From Octopus sinensis (taxonomy: Eukaryota), in the NCBI RefSeq assembly GCF_006345805.1, contig NC_042999.1, positions 56,172,001-56,236,000 on the forward strand: 64,000 bases of DNA, given 5' to 3'. Each line of letters opens with the position of its first letter. Within the stretch, counting starts at the first letter, position 1. A program made the translations under genes and the position numbers. Positions 26,196-39,119 of this stretch are shown one piece after another. Below the pieces are notes generated by a model that saw nothing but the letters and a program-made list of their open reading frames with translations, was not told the origin of the DNA and searched no databases.

Positions 26196-28271
26196 AAAGA
26201 CTATCATAAGAGGCAATTGTAAATTCATATGTTTGCTTTAGAAGTCAAGAAAAGTATATTTTAAGAAATAACCAAGAGGAGACACAAAGAATATATTCTA
26301 GCAGTACACACTAATCTAGTTTCGATATGCACAGTAAGAATGTTTAAACAATTCTGAGAAATAACTGTCAGTAAAATTTCATTTAAGTTTCTATCATACA
26401 GCCTTGTGAAAAAATATTTTTCATCATGTTTATTTTACAAAATGGAAATTATCAGAATTTTAATATTTTTTTTTTTAATCTTAAAATGAAAATTTAACTT
26501 ATTATATTTCAAGCAAGTAAACAATCAACACTAAAATCTCCATCATCATCATTCTACACCCACTCTTCCCATGCTTGCAAGGGTCAGATGGAATTTGTTG
26601 AGACAAGATTTATTGCCAGATGCCCACTGTTGCCAGCCCTTACATATTTCCAGAAAAGGTATTTACCCATGGCCAAACATGTTTTTCATGGAAGACTGGA
26701 AATGAACAATGTCACTTGTATAAGTGTTGCTCATTTACATCACATGATATCAAAACAAAGTTACACACACAATGGGCTTCTTTCAGTTTCCATCTACCAA
26801 ATCCACTCACAAGGCCTTAGTTGACCCAAAAGCAAGTGTCTTCCATTCAATGGGACTGAACCAAAAACCACATGGTTAGGAAGCAAGCTTTTTAAGCCAC
26901 AGTGTAATATAATATTAGAAACTAAGTTAGCTAAAAGGTAATTGTAAAAAAATATTCATACTCATCTGATCACAGCAATTTAAAATGATTCTAAAATATA
27001 TACTTTTAATCATCAACCCACCATATCATCATCATTTATCCACTTTCCATCTTGGCATATTTAGACAAGTCGTCACAGTTTGAGCTAAATTTTGTCAGGA
27101 GTAACTGCCCCACCTCTCCCCAGTGGCCAGGGATCCATGCCTCTAGTCCATTTTCATCATCATCAGCCATTTTTTCTACAGCTGAATGTCCTTCCTAACA
27201 CCAACTATTTTACAGAGTGTATTGGGTGCATTTTTCATGGCAACAGCACTAAAGAGGTTGTCAGGTTTTCAACAAGGCTAAAAAGTTTTCCCAATCTTAC
27301 GATATTTCTATACATTCACCAACCACTTTACATGACACAGCACTAAAGAGATAATTGTCTTTGCCAAGACAAGAATAATGATCCTCTCTCTGAACCCTGT
27401 ATTTCCGTCTCCGTTCATCTTTCACTTCACAAAATATACTGGATGAAATTTATAGTGGCAGCTGGTGATACACTGGGAAGTAATGTTAACTAGTAAGAGA
27501 TAGCACAATTGGATAGTTGATATGGCAATGGAAAGAAAATGAATGATGGATGAGTGATCTGAGTGGGAAGGGGCATAAGCATATGTATATGTGTGGCTTG
27601 TTTTTATATTTACACCAGTCAAAACATGTTATCTGTTCATTCATGTCTTGTAACATAGCAGTTCAGTAAAATAAGTACTAGATTTGAAATGACAGACTAA
27701 ACTTGAAGCGATGCTCCAGTATTACAAACCAATAACTAAATCCAGTAGAAGAATTCAAGCAATTTTTAAAATTTCTGTTATCTGAAGTCTTACATACTTC
27801 TTGACCATGATAAGTAAGCTCCTTGAATTTTAGGAATCATCATCAAGCACTTTTGCTAAAATAGGGTGTTAACCTTGCAGATTAACCCTCACTTTAACCA
27901 GGGGCAGACTTCCAATCATAATCATATTTTTGTGGGGGTTTTTTTTGGGGGGGGGGAGAGGCAGAGCTGTGCTTTTACAGCTAAATATAATGCCAACCCT
28001 TTTAGTCACATTCTACCAAATTTTACATTTTGTTGTTATTATGCAAAAGTGTCTCATAACTTTAAAACGCTTGTTTAGAAAACAAAAAAATAGCAAAATT
28101 CTTATACAACACATTGACAATTTTTGATATCTTGGCATTTGAAGCAGTAGGAGATACAGTAGTTTGAACAAAAGAACTGGATTAGCAAGCAAAAAGCAAA
28201 TATTGAAAAAAGTACATTTGGCCAAATTTGGACATACAACAGTTTAACATAATAGCAACAATTTGTTTATA

Positions 28272-29319
28272 CTGGTTGTCCCAAAAGTCACTGATGAGTT
28301 TCAATTTTTAACAACTTCCTTAACTTTACAAATAAATACATGAAATTTTGATACAATATAAAGGACATAATGGAAATTAATATACACACAATAGGTGGAG
28401 GAGTGGCTGTGGTAAGTAGCTTGCTTACCAACCGCATGGTTCCAGGTTCAGTCCCACTGCATGGCACCTTGGGCAAGTGTCTTCTACTATAGCCTCAGGC
28501 TGACCAAAGCCTTGTAAGTGGATTTGGGAGACAGAAACTGAAAGAAGCCCATCATATATGTGTGTGTGTGTGTTTATGTTTGTCCCCCCTCCTAATTTCT
28601 TGACAATGCTGGTGCATTTGCATCCCCGTAACTTAGCAGTTCGGCAAATGAGACTGATAGAATAAATACTAGGCTTACAAAGAATAAATCCTGGGATCAA
28701 TTTGCTCAACTAAAGGTGGTGCTGCAGCATGGCCACAATCAAATGACTGAAACAAGTCAAATTCTGCAACACTAATACATCACATATGAAAAATGACATC
28801 GCTTAAATGGCAGCCATTTTCAGCTTCACATACCTGTTGCTCTTTCCAAAATTTACACCAGGGTCTGCGGTTTGTAGATGTAAACCTTCTCTTACAAGAA
28901 AAAATCTGGGCTAGTCAAGTCTGGGGAACGTGAAGGCCAGCTGACGTTGCCGTGGCGGAAGATTATTCTCTCTCCAAAGCACTGCCATAGCAACTGCATT
29001 GTTTCTCTTGCAGTATGAGCAGTTGCCCCATCTTGCTGGAACCATGTGTGAGGTCTACTTTGAATAATCAGAGAAGTTGGGTTTGAAACTCTTGTTACAG
29101 TGCAAGTTTTGGAAAGAGCAGAGGTATGCGAAGCCGAAAATGGCTGCCATTTAAGCAATGTCATTTTTCATATGTGATGTAGTGGTGTTGCAAAATTCGA
29201 CTCATGCATATTAATTTCCATTATGTCCTTTATATTGTATCAAAATTTCACGCATTTATTTGTAAAGTTAAGGAAATTATTAAAATTTGAAACACATCAG
29301 TGACTTTTGGGACACCCTG
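28272..29319 (-). mobile_element. Non-autonomous Tc1/mariner derivative with long (about 200 bp) inverted arms and a central transposase fragment
   Basis: Termini ctggttgtcccaaaagtcactgatg / catcagtgacttttgggacaccctg; inner arms 28765-28850 and 29105-29200 are inverted; centre encodes WFQQDGATAHT...WPSRSPDLTSPDFFL. Confidence 0.85.
28394..28757 (+). mobile_element. tRNA-derived SINE, family A, inserted in the left arm of a mariner derivative
   Basis: Reverse-complement match to 25257-25647 throughout. Confidence 0.88.
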
Positions 29320-29499
29320 AATTAGTTATATTCTATGTTCAATTATATCAAGAAATTAAATTGAAGTTGCTCAGTAACACCAATAACAGTTATTTTTAAT
29401 ACTTTTCTTGCCGGATTGCTTGTTTGTTTCTCTTTTTGCCATTTCTGATTTTATTTTTTATCTTCTATATAAATGAAGATATTTCCTCCATCTGGAACA

Positions 29500-30062
29500 G
29501 TCAAGGTGATGCATTAGATACAAATAATTACAGAGGTATCGAGTTGTTGGATCAGGTAATGAAAGTCATGGAGAGGGTCATAGCCCAACTAATTAGGGAG
29601 AAGGTCAGTCTAGACGAGATACAGTTTGAGTTAGTGCCAGGGAAAAGCACCACTGATGCTATATTTCTGGTAAGACAGCTGCAGGAGAAATACCTAGCCA
29701 AAGATAAACCTCTGTACCTGGCTTTCATTGACATGGAGAAAGCTTTTGACAGGGTCCCCCTCGATCCCTTATCTTGTGGTCATTGTGGAAACTAGAGATA
29801 GATGAGTGATTAGTGAGAGCTGTACAAGCCATGTACAAGGGATGCTGTCAGTAAGATGAGGGTTGGTAACGAGTACAGTGAAGAATACCAGGTAGGGGTC
29901 CACCAAGGATCAGTCATTAGCCCCCTCTTATTCATCATAGTTCTCCAGGCAATAACAGAGGAATTCAAGACAGGATACCCTGGGAGCTTCTCTATGCTGA
30001 TGACCTTGCTCTAATAGCTGAGTCACTATCTGAACTAGAGGAGAAGTTTCAGATGTGGAAAC
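29500..30062 (+). mobile_element. Internal RTE LINE reverse-transcriptase fragment, same family as 45445-47100
   Basis: NNYRGIELLDQVMKVMERV...STTDAIFLVRQLQEKY...AFIDMEKAFDRVP...GVHQGSVISPLLF...YADDLALIAES, with frameshifts. Confidence 0.9.
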
Positions 30063-31779
30063 TTAAATATTTCTGAAAGTTAACATCTTAGAGCAGAAAT
30101 ATGTAACAAGTTTGTTATAAAAAGTTTCAAGAATTAAATAGCTACCGAATTACAACCTGACCTCAAAAACCGATAATTGATTGGATATAGTACAAAGATG
30201 GACAAAAAGCTTAGACAAGAGTAGCTCCTAAGAGAATATATATTTATTGATAGAACACATTACAGTGCTATACAATAAAAAATATATATATATACTCATT
30301 TAACTTGATCACTGAATAATCAATATCTGATAAAGAAATCCAGTTTCTAATGTTTGAATAATCTCATTCATTCTATCAAGAAAATATTTTATGGTAGAGC
30401 TGAATGGTTTAGCATTTTACATTAAATGGAGCATCTGATGGCCAAATTACTCACAAACTAATAACCACTGCAACTGTTTTTCATTTCTCAGAACACTTAT
30501 CTACATTGCTTTAATTCAACTAGCTTGAAAGAATAGGTACCAAAATCATCTGGGACTATTTTACTTGCAATGTAATAGTTCTCTATGTTTTTTTTTTTTA
30601 TCTGGACAAATTTAAGTAGCAAAACTTTTACAATAGAATCTAACTAGAATTAATGGTAGTCTAAGACTCTAATCATTCAAACAAAGCATCTTTATGCCTT
30701 TAAAGTTGCCATTGTTTATATGAATTACTATTAAATTACATTTAAAATTCGTGCCAATATTAAAACAAATGAATTTCTGATTAAAATATTTTTATTCATT
30801 ACAGCTGTAAAATTTTATAATCAAAGTTATGTATAGACATAAATGACAGATCATTCTGTATGATATGGAAAATTTTGATGAACTGTTTGAAAACTTTTAG
30901 AGTAAATATTGCAAAACATTTACAGTAGTAAGAAAACACCAGTGTTTGACTCTTCACCGAATATAAAAGAGTGACCCAGATAGGGGACTATTTCAACCAC
31001 AATGCCTAAAAGCATAAAAATATATGGTAGAGTGGTATAGATTGTAAAAAATTTAAATTGTCTGCAAATCTACATTTTAAGTTCAAACCCCAACCAAAAC
31101 AAAATAAAAGCCATGAATTCATGGCACTTTGATCAACAAGGTAAAAAATATTTTATAATTGGTGTAAAAGCACTGAATCAAGTGCATTACAATATTTAGT
31201 ACTCGTCCCAATCACAACTTGAGTTCGAATTATATAGACTGACGTGCCTTCTTCCTATTTGATAAAATGTACTAGTAAATACACAAACCCAATTCCATCA
31301 GCTATATCCCTCTTCTACAAAAATTAGCCTTGTGTCTAAGTAATCATTAGCGTATTGATTCCATGTCTATTTATAGTTAATGGAGTAGGTTCGTCAGAAA
31401 TATTGCAATATACAACAGCATAAAATTCCCCAAACCATATTTGTATCATGCAATTCTCGGTTTATTTACATCACCTAAACTACTTTTTTATATTTTGACG
31501 TAGCAAACTTGTTTTCCAAACAATGATCTTTTCCTCAGTCTGTCATCTATGCCTGTATGCCTAAGAATTTTTTTTTGTATTCTTTAATCACTATATATTT
31601 TCTAAACAATTATCAATCGCTTTGAAATGAAGTTTATCCTTGACTATCAGCCATCAACTTCATACATTAACAGAAACACGATTTAAATGTAAGTTGCTCA
31701 GTTATCAAAACTGTAAACATGAATATATACTACAACACTCAGTTTTTATGTCCTTAAAATATACGGTGTATATTATTAA

Positions 31780-32739
31780 GCAGGAGAGTGCCTTAGTGAG
31801 AAAGCGTACCCTCGTCCCTAAGTTTTGATTTTATCAAACTGTCCACTTCCCATCAGCAACTTCTCATATACGTGTGTATGAGATAGAACTAGCGCCAAAA
31901 AAATACGGAATAATAACGAATATCATTATTCCTAGCATTCGATTCCATTTATGTCATTTCAATGAAACGTAGACGTTACAATAAAACTCTTAACATAAAG
32001 ATGTTATTACTATTCCCAGGTAAAATAATTAATTGAACCAAAACACGGATCGGGAATTTTAAATTGTAATCTTCCCACAAAATTCCAAACTGAAATGTTC
32101 ATGTATTTTAATTCGTCTTGAAACTTCAAAATTTGAAGCAATTAGTTCTATTTACGACGAAACTACAAGATGAAAGTTGAGAAAAGTTTCGCCAAATACC
32201 AATATCTTGCAGAGAATGCAACATCGAACAAGACCATTTCTCCGTTCCTAAATTTGTTGAACACAGCGTATTGACCTATAAACGGGTATGGAGGAATGTG
32301 CGCGCACGCGCTTACTGGCCTATATCAATCATGATTAATTTCTTTTCAGATTCAAAACCTCAGATTTTTAAAACATTGAAATGTTTTGATGCTTATGTAA
32401 TTCATTTAAAACAGAAATGCCAGTGACGTTTGTGAAAATAGTTTTTTTTTCTAATTGGGAATCGTAACAAAATAGCAACACGTCAGACAAATAACATAAA
32501 GCAATTCGAGTCAAAACGAAAGATAGCCCAATATTTGAATCTCTAAGTAAATGAGATTTTATTTCATCATTGAAAATTTTTTAATCTTAATTCCCAGCCC
32601 TACAAAAATATTGAATTTTCGGCAATATAGCCTTTTGTTTACACAATGTAGAATAAACAGTTTACTGAGGTTTTATGTATTAACGATATTATAGAGGATC
32701 CAGCTGAGAACTGAAAACGGATGCATAGATTATCAATAT

Positions 32740-32788
<49 letters not shown>

Positions 32789-34310
32789 TTTTATATTAAT
32801 TTTGTATGTTCGCGTGTGTATGTACCTCAATTTAGACAATACTAACGATTTGACTTTCGAAATAATTCACTACATTTAATGAACGATACTCAACTAGCCA
32901 TATATATATATAATCGTTCTTTACACACAACCAAATCGATGAGTTAATGATTGTCGCTATGTTGATAATAATCTTTTTTTTTTTTTTAATCCTCGTACAT
33001 CTAAACTACCATTGCGCCTTTGAAAAACAAACACAAAAATGATTCATCGTCGTCAGTATTGGTATGTTTCTTATAAAGACTAAGGCTTCTTCATAAGTGA
33101 ACACCGAGTATGATAGAAGAAGCAAGGGATATGAGGGACTAAAATATATCTGTAGTAAGTAGAGCAAATTATGTCCAACAGTAGTAGAAAGCGTGCATAG
33201 TGATTGTAAAATTTTATGAATTATTTTTTGTCCTTTTTCTTTTCTTTCCTGCCCCACCCCTACCCCTCGCGGAAAAAAAGCTGGGTTTTTATATACCGAG
33301 AAGTATAAATGGTTAAGTTACTGAAATTACCAGAAAGAGGTAAAGGAAAAAGAAACAAGCAGATAGATATTCCGGTGCAAAAGAAAGGGACATAATTGAA
33401 TACAGAAGAATGAAGAAAGCAAATTTGAGAAATTAACAAAATCACTTAATATCTAGTATAATTAAATGTTTGGGAGTTGCAACAAAGTTTAGAGAGGAGC
33501 TAACTTAAAATAATAACAACACAAGGTCGGGGGAAAATAATTGTACTAAAATCCTATAAATTGGAAGGCTAGCACCTAAAATATAAGGCTGGTTATAATA
33601 GAAATGTTTTTCTCCAGAAGACGAATTTTATATGGCAGCCATATTGAATGTTAAATTGGCGAAGACAGGTTGCTTGGTTTACTGTTAATACACAGGACGG
33701 CATCGAAATATGACTGATTACTCTGCCAACATTGGCTGAAAATATATCATTTTCTAAAATATTTCATCTCCACTAAATTTTATATTGTTTTGAGAAAAAT
33801 AAAACAAATATGAAACTAAGAATATATATTCCCTTTACCAGATATCAAGAGTAGCAAGGAATATTTATTTGATTTTAACTTGTCACAGACGGAAGATAAA
33901 CAAAATAGAAAAACTTTTCTTGATGGCATTTTCTAATATAAAAAAAATCATTCGAAATATTGAAACATATAAAAAGATAAACATATTTCTTACCTGACAT
34001 TTAGTCTAACCGGTGGTGCACAAGTAGCCCAGTTAAGTACTATGTGTGTCCTGCAGAACCAGCCAAGCAGTCGCCAAAGGCCTTGTTGCGGTTTCTTACC
34101 CAGTTTATCTTTGACATGAGGCAGGTCACAAATACTTAAATGATGGAAAAGGGGGCGATCCCAGAGTACGATAACAATAGTAAAGAATCACTGAATGGTC
34201 GACAATGCATATTCCACAAGCAACTAGTATAATAATAATCTCAAATGTATAATGCAACTCGCTTTCATACAAATCATAAAGTTCTCTATTCGGTTCCAGA
34301 TAGATTTCGG
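31780..34310. promoter_or_regulatory. Repeat-poor, CpG-retaining region; probable promoter and first-exon zone of the KMT2C/D gene
   Basis: CG-containing blocks at about 31780-32350 (including gtgcgcgcacgcgc at about 32298), 32960-33300 and 33990-34310; no SINE or LINE insertions seen; upstream of the gene on the minus strand. Confidence 0.45.
33994..34000 (-). CDS. Candidate first coding bases of the KMT2C/D gene (ATG TCA G), at the end of a putative exon 1 extending to about 34250
   Basis: Strong donor ag|gtaaga at 33994/33993 at the end of a more GC-rich block. ATG TCA G gives the phase 1 that the giant exon needs (MSAQLIEKEK...). Inference only; implies a 20.7-kb first intron. Confidence 0.3.
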
Positions 34311-36034
34311 TTTACTGAAAAGATTAAAAAAATTTTTATATAATTTATTAAAAAAATACACAGATTATATTTTATAATGAATTATTTATTTTTATAGTTA
34401 ATCAGGTTAGCTGCTAGATTAAGGTAAGATATTATTACTAGTATATACAAATTTGTATAATTTTATTACAAATCTAAATGCTTAAACTATGAAAATCGAA
34501 CGAAAACATCTTTAAAGCATAAAATTATAACCAAAAAACAATCGTTAATATCTTCCTCTATTACAGAAAACTGATATTTATACAATTAGTGAAAGCATGA
34601 CCCAAAAACGAAAACTACTCACCAACTATTATTGTAAGGTTGATAACAAATAAGATTTCCACTGATCACTTATCAACCATTATAATAGAATTAAATTTTC
34701 TTTTATATGTCCTAATACTGTTCTTATATTATTCAATTTGCTTTGTAATATGCGAGTAGTTGCAGTAAGCTTGTCTAAAATCCGTGAAAGTAAAATCTCC
34801 AGCCAACATTGAACGAGCAAATACAACACTAACATTAAGGCGTATTACTATCACATCAAGCAACCAAAATCTTTAATTGGATGGCTGCTTCAGAATCCTA
34901 CGCGGCAAAATATAGTTCCTTGGTCTGCATCCGGCTGATTCTTTATACAAGAAAACTTTTAAAGTATAAGTTAAACATTAGACTTGACCTCTCCACTGAT
35001 ATTTTATGTTGTTTATTATATTTTCTACAAACAAACTTAATAGCTTGATCTTGTTAGGATATTAGCGCACAACTACATTATCTGGTTTACTAACAAATTA
35101 GTATAGATTCATAGTGGAATGTAACCAATGTGAGCATGTTTTGGGGAGGAACTTTTTAGATAAAAAGGTTAATTCTAGTAATTCTATAATTATTATTTTA
35201 ATACGTGATTTATATAACTTTAAAATAGGGTAATTAAAGATTCATTCCATGTATTTTGTTTCTAGAGTGAACTTTTCAACTCACAATTGTGTTTTTCTCA
35301 TCAGCAAAGTTTATATTTTAATAAAACTATATCTAAAGACATATTATTTCATAATCATGATCAACAAACCTTAATATTTGAAATAACTTTCAATTTTTAA
35401 CTACGGAACAGATTATCATTAGTAAGACAATTAAAGGAACTCCAGAATTATGTCCCTTGTTTAGGTTCATTTATAAATTTCAATTCCGACACGAAATCGT
35501 TAATCAATGAATTGAAATTGTATTTATTTAGTATTAAAATATGGGGAAAAAATACTTCAAGTTTTTAGAGAACCAAACGTTTTTAATTATATATTCTAAA
35601 GGTGTCTATATAATGAATTCTATAAAATACAGTTTAGCTTAAATGTTAATTTGTATAGAAGGAAGGCTGCTTCATACACCAGTAAACAACAAAAATTAAG
35701 GTGCTAATAATTTTAATCATTTTATTTGTTTCAATAATACTAATTAATTATAGTATTATAATTTCAATAATCTAGTTTAATTATAGAAATACTGGAGAAA
35801 TAATTGGAATAATACAGTTGTATATCAAAGAATAATAGGTTCGATTACAAATTGCGCAATTCCTTTAACTGTGAGCGGATAGACACAATGTTGGAAGCGT
35901 GGGGGGGGTCATTCATCTAGATAGAAAATTTTATAGACTAGTTTGAAAATTAAGAAACTTTCTTTACTTCTTTAGCCCTGGTTTGTCGTCGTCTTCAGAA
36001 ATTTACAACAGAGGAATGTATTAAATTAATGTGT

Positions 36035-36101
<67 letters not shown>

Positions 36102-37099
36102 ACACACACACAGATGGAAGTAAATTAGATTAAATACAAATTTTATTTTACTATCAAATTATTTAGAAAAATAGATTTCTTTTTGGGAGAGATATTTTAC
36201 TTTGCAAATACAAGACAGAATAATTATAGCCAAGATTAACATTGTCCTAATTCAGACTTTCTTTTGCAAATACTAATGAAAAAGTTGGTAATTTTACTGA
36301 AAGAGCTTTCTTTTTTACTGTTTTACTTTTCTTTTTATCGCAAAAAAATTGTGAGGATTTTCTCAAATTAGAATATTTGGATATTAAGTAGTTATTTATT
36401 ATAACTGGATCCTTGCCTTAAAGTGATAACTTGTTTATCAATGAAACAGATTTATTTTGACCAAAGACAACGCAAATGAAGTAGTCAATCAAGTTAGAGT
36501 GCAATCACATGTGGTCCAATCATTGAATTATACCGATTTTTATGTTTCCCTGAAAATGGAAATCAATATTGGCTGCAAAAATCTAAAAGTCCACTTGAAG
36601 ATATCATTGTTTACTCTGATTTAAGACAAAGCAGCACTGTTTTAAAAGATCAACAATTTACAAAAATAAATGGTTGATAATATAACAAAAGTGTAATTAC
36701 ACTCTCTTAATTACACACTGCAACAAAGAATACTGGTATTTCCCTATAAGTTTTTGAGGCAATGCATAACACTTATGTCATTACTTTAGGTGATACAAGT
36801 TTGAGACCCTGGAACAACCAGGAACTCTCATTACCTGATATTTCAGTAAGACAACATGCCAACTAAGACAAAATTTTCATTGTCAACAAGCTGGCTCCAC
36901 AGAAAATATTGAATGTCACAAGTTGAAAAATCTAATTCAGTAGCATATTATGGTTTTCAGGATCTTGTTCTATTAGACGACAGATACAGAATCTCACATT
37001 TAGTATATGTGATGGAGAGTGTCTTATCTTACATAAAGCATCAACATCTAGCCCAAGGTAAAAAAAAGAGTAAGCCCATCAGATATCTTTCCATCATAT

Positions 37100-39119
37100 C
37101 TGGATGAAGGTAAGACAACTGGCTCTAGGAAGTCTACAGCAGCCTCATCAAATCAACAGAGGAAGTTGCATTGGCTACTCTTACCAAAAAGAAGAGTAGG
37201 GGCCAGAGCAAACCTTCTAATTCCCCAAATGTCATCGAAGCCAGAAACCATCTAAAGTCTATATCACTAGCTTACCACCGTTCTCCATCCCAGTCACTGA
37301 AGATCCAACTCATAACTGCCAAGAAGAATCTTGATGAGGCTTACTTGAACGCCGAGGTCGACTTTATCAACAGCAAAATTAGCAAACTATCCAAAGAGCA
37401 CATTAGTAAAAAACACCATCTCGCCTGGAAATCCATCAAAGACCTATCAGGCAAAAATTCTGAGTCATCAATTAGAATTAAAGGGGGAGCAGCTAAGAAG
37501 CGTTTAGAAAATTGATCAACTCATTTTAAAAACCTTCTTGGGAAGAATGCCAAAATCCCTGATAACCCCACTCTTCCAAGTGTGCCTATATCAGACACAC
37601 TGGACATCAACACCTCCCCTTTTACCATATTTGAACTAACAGCAACCACTAAACAACTGAAAGCCTCGAAAGCATTTGGTCCCAACAACATCCCAGCTAT
37701 AATTTGGAAGGATGATAGATTTCACGCACTTTTGCTCAATCTTTGCAACCACACACTTTCCACTTTTGTAGCTCCAAAGATTTGGCACCAATCTCAAATC
37801 ATCCCAATACCCCAAAAAGGCGATTTATCCCTCGTCACCAATTACAGGGGTATATCTCTAATGTCAATTGCTGCAAAATTGTACAACAAACTGATTCTAA
37901 ATCGTCTCGTCCTTTTTGTTGAACCTTTGCTCCGAAAGAACCAAAATGGATTCAGACATGGGCGCTCAACGCTGAGCCAGATACTATGCCTACGCAGACT
38001 TATTGAAAAATCAAAATCATTTAATCGCGATCTTGCAATGGTGTTTGTAGACTTTTCTAAAGTGTTCGACACTGTAGATAGGTACAAGATGTTTGAAATC
38101 CTTAAGCTCTATGGGATACCAGACAAAATCATTTCTGCCATCAAGTTCCTCTACACAGATACGTCTTCAACCATCTTAACCCCTGACAGAGAAATATCAT
38201 CTTTCTCAATCAAAGCCGGAATACTGCAGGGAGACACACTCGCCCCATTTCTCTTCATCATTGTCGTTGACTATGTGCTACATATGTCAGTTGATACCAT
38301 TTCTGGCAAGGGCTTTGAAATAAAACCTAGAAGTTCCAGACACCCAGCTGAATACTTGACAGACACTGACTTTGCTGACGACATCGCTCTTATCAGTGAT
38401 TCTCTCTCCAATGCCCAGTCTCTTTTACAATCTCCCGAACAAGCCTCAAATTGTGTAGGTCTTTACCTCAATGAGGCCAAGACTGAATATATAAACAAGT
38501 GCCTGTCCAACAGTGATTGCATCATCCATACTCTCAACAATGCACCCTTAAATATGGTTTCTGATTGCAAATATCATCATCTGGAAAAGAGTTTCTAACT
38601 AGAAAGGATATGGCCTGGTCAACCTGTAATGACATGCATAAGATCTGGTCATCAAATCTAAGTAGAGACTTCAAACTTGAAATCTTCAAAGCCACAGTCA
38701 AATCAATTCTACTATATGGCTCAGAAACCTGGACGTTATCAAAGAAGCTTGAGAGGTGGTTGGATAGAACCTACACTCGCCTCCTTATGAGAGCTCAAAA
38801 TCTCTCATGGAAGTGTCATCCAACCATAATGCAAATATATGGGAAACTACCACCTGTGTCATCTCTTGTGAAAGGTAGGAGAGCCCAGTTTGCTGGACAT
38901 TGTTGTAGAGCTGAAAACGAGGCAATTTCTACTCTTCTCCTCTGGAAGCCATCTACTCGCAATACCAGAGGGCACACACTCTTCTACCCTGATGTAATCT
39001 CCAGGGATACAGGCATCCAGCAACAGGACCTCCATAATGCTATGATGGACCGTGAAGTCTGGCGTAGCATGGTAAATTCCATTGTCTCGACCACGGTCGA
39101 ACAATGATGATGATGAGAG
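37100..39119 (+). mobile_element. 5'-truncated, inactivated RTE-clade LINE (reverse transcriptase and C-terminal region)
   Basis: ORF pieces 37171-37515, 37582-38598 and 38565-39107 with YRGISLMS, QNGFR, FVDFSK-FD, GILQGDTLAP, FADDIAL and LLYGSETWT motifs; internal stop and frameshift; (tga)n tail at about 39105-39117. Confidence 0.92.
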
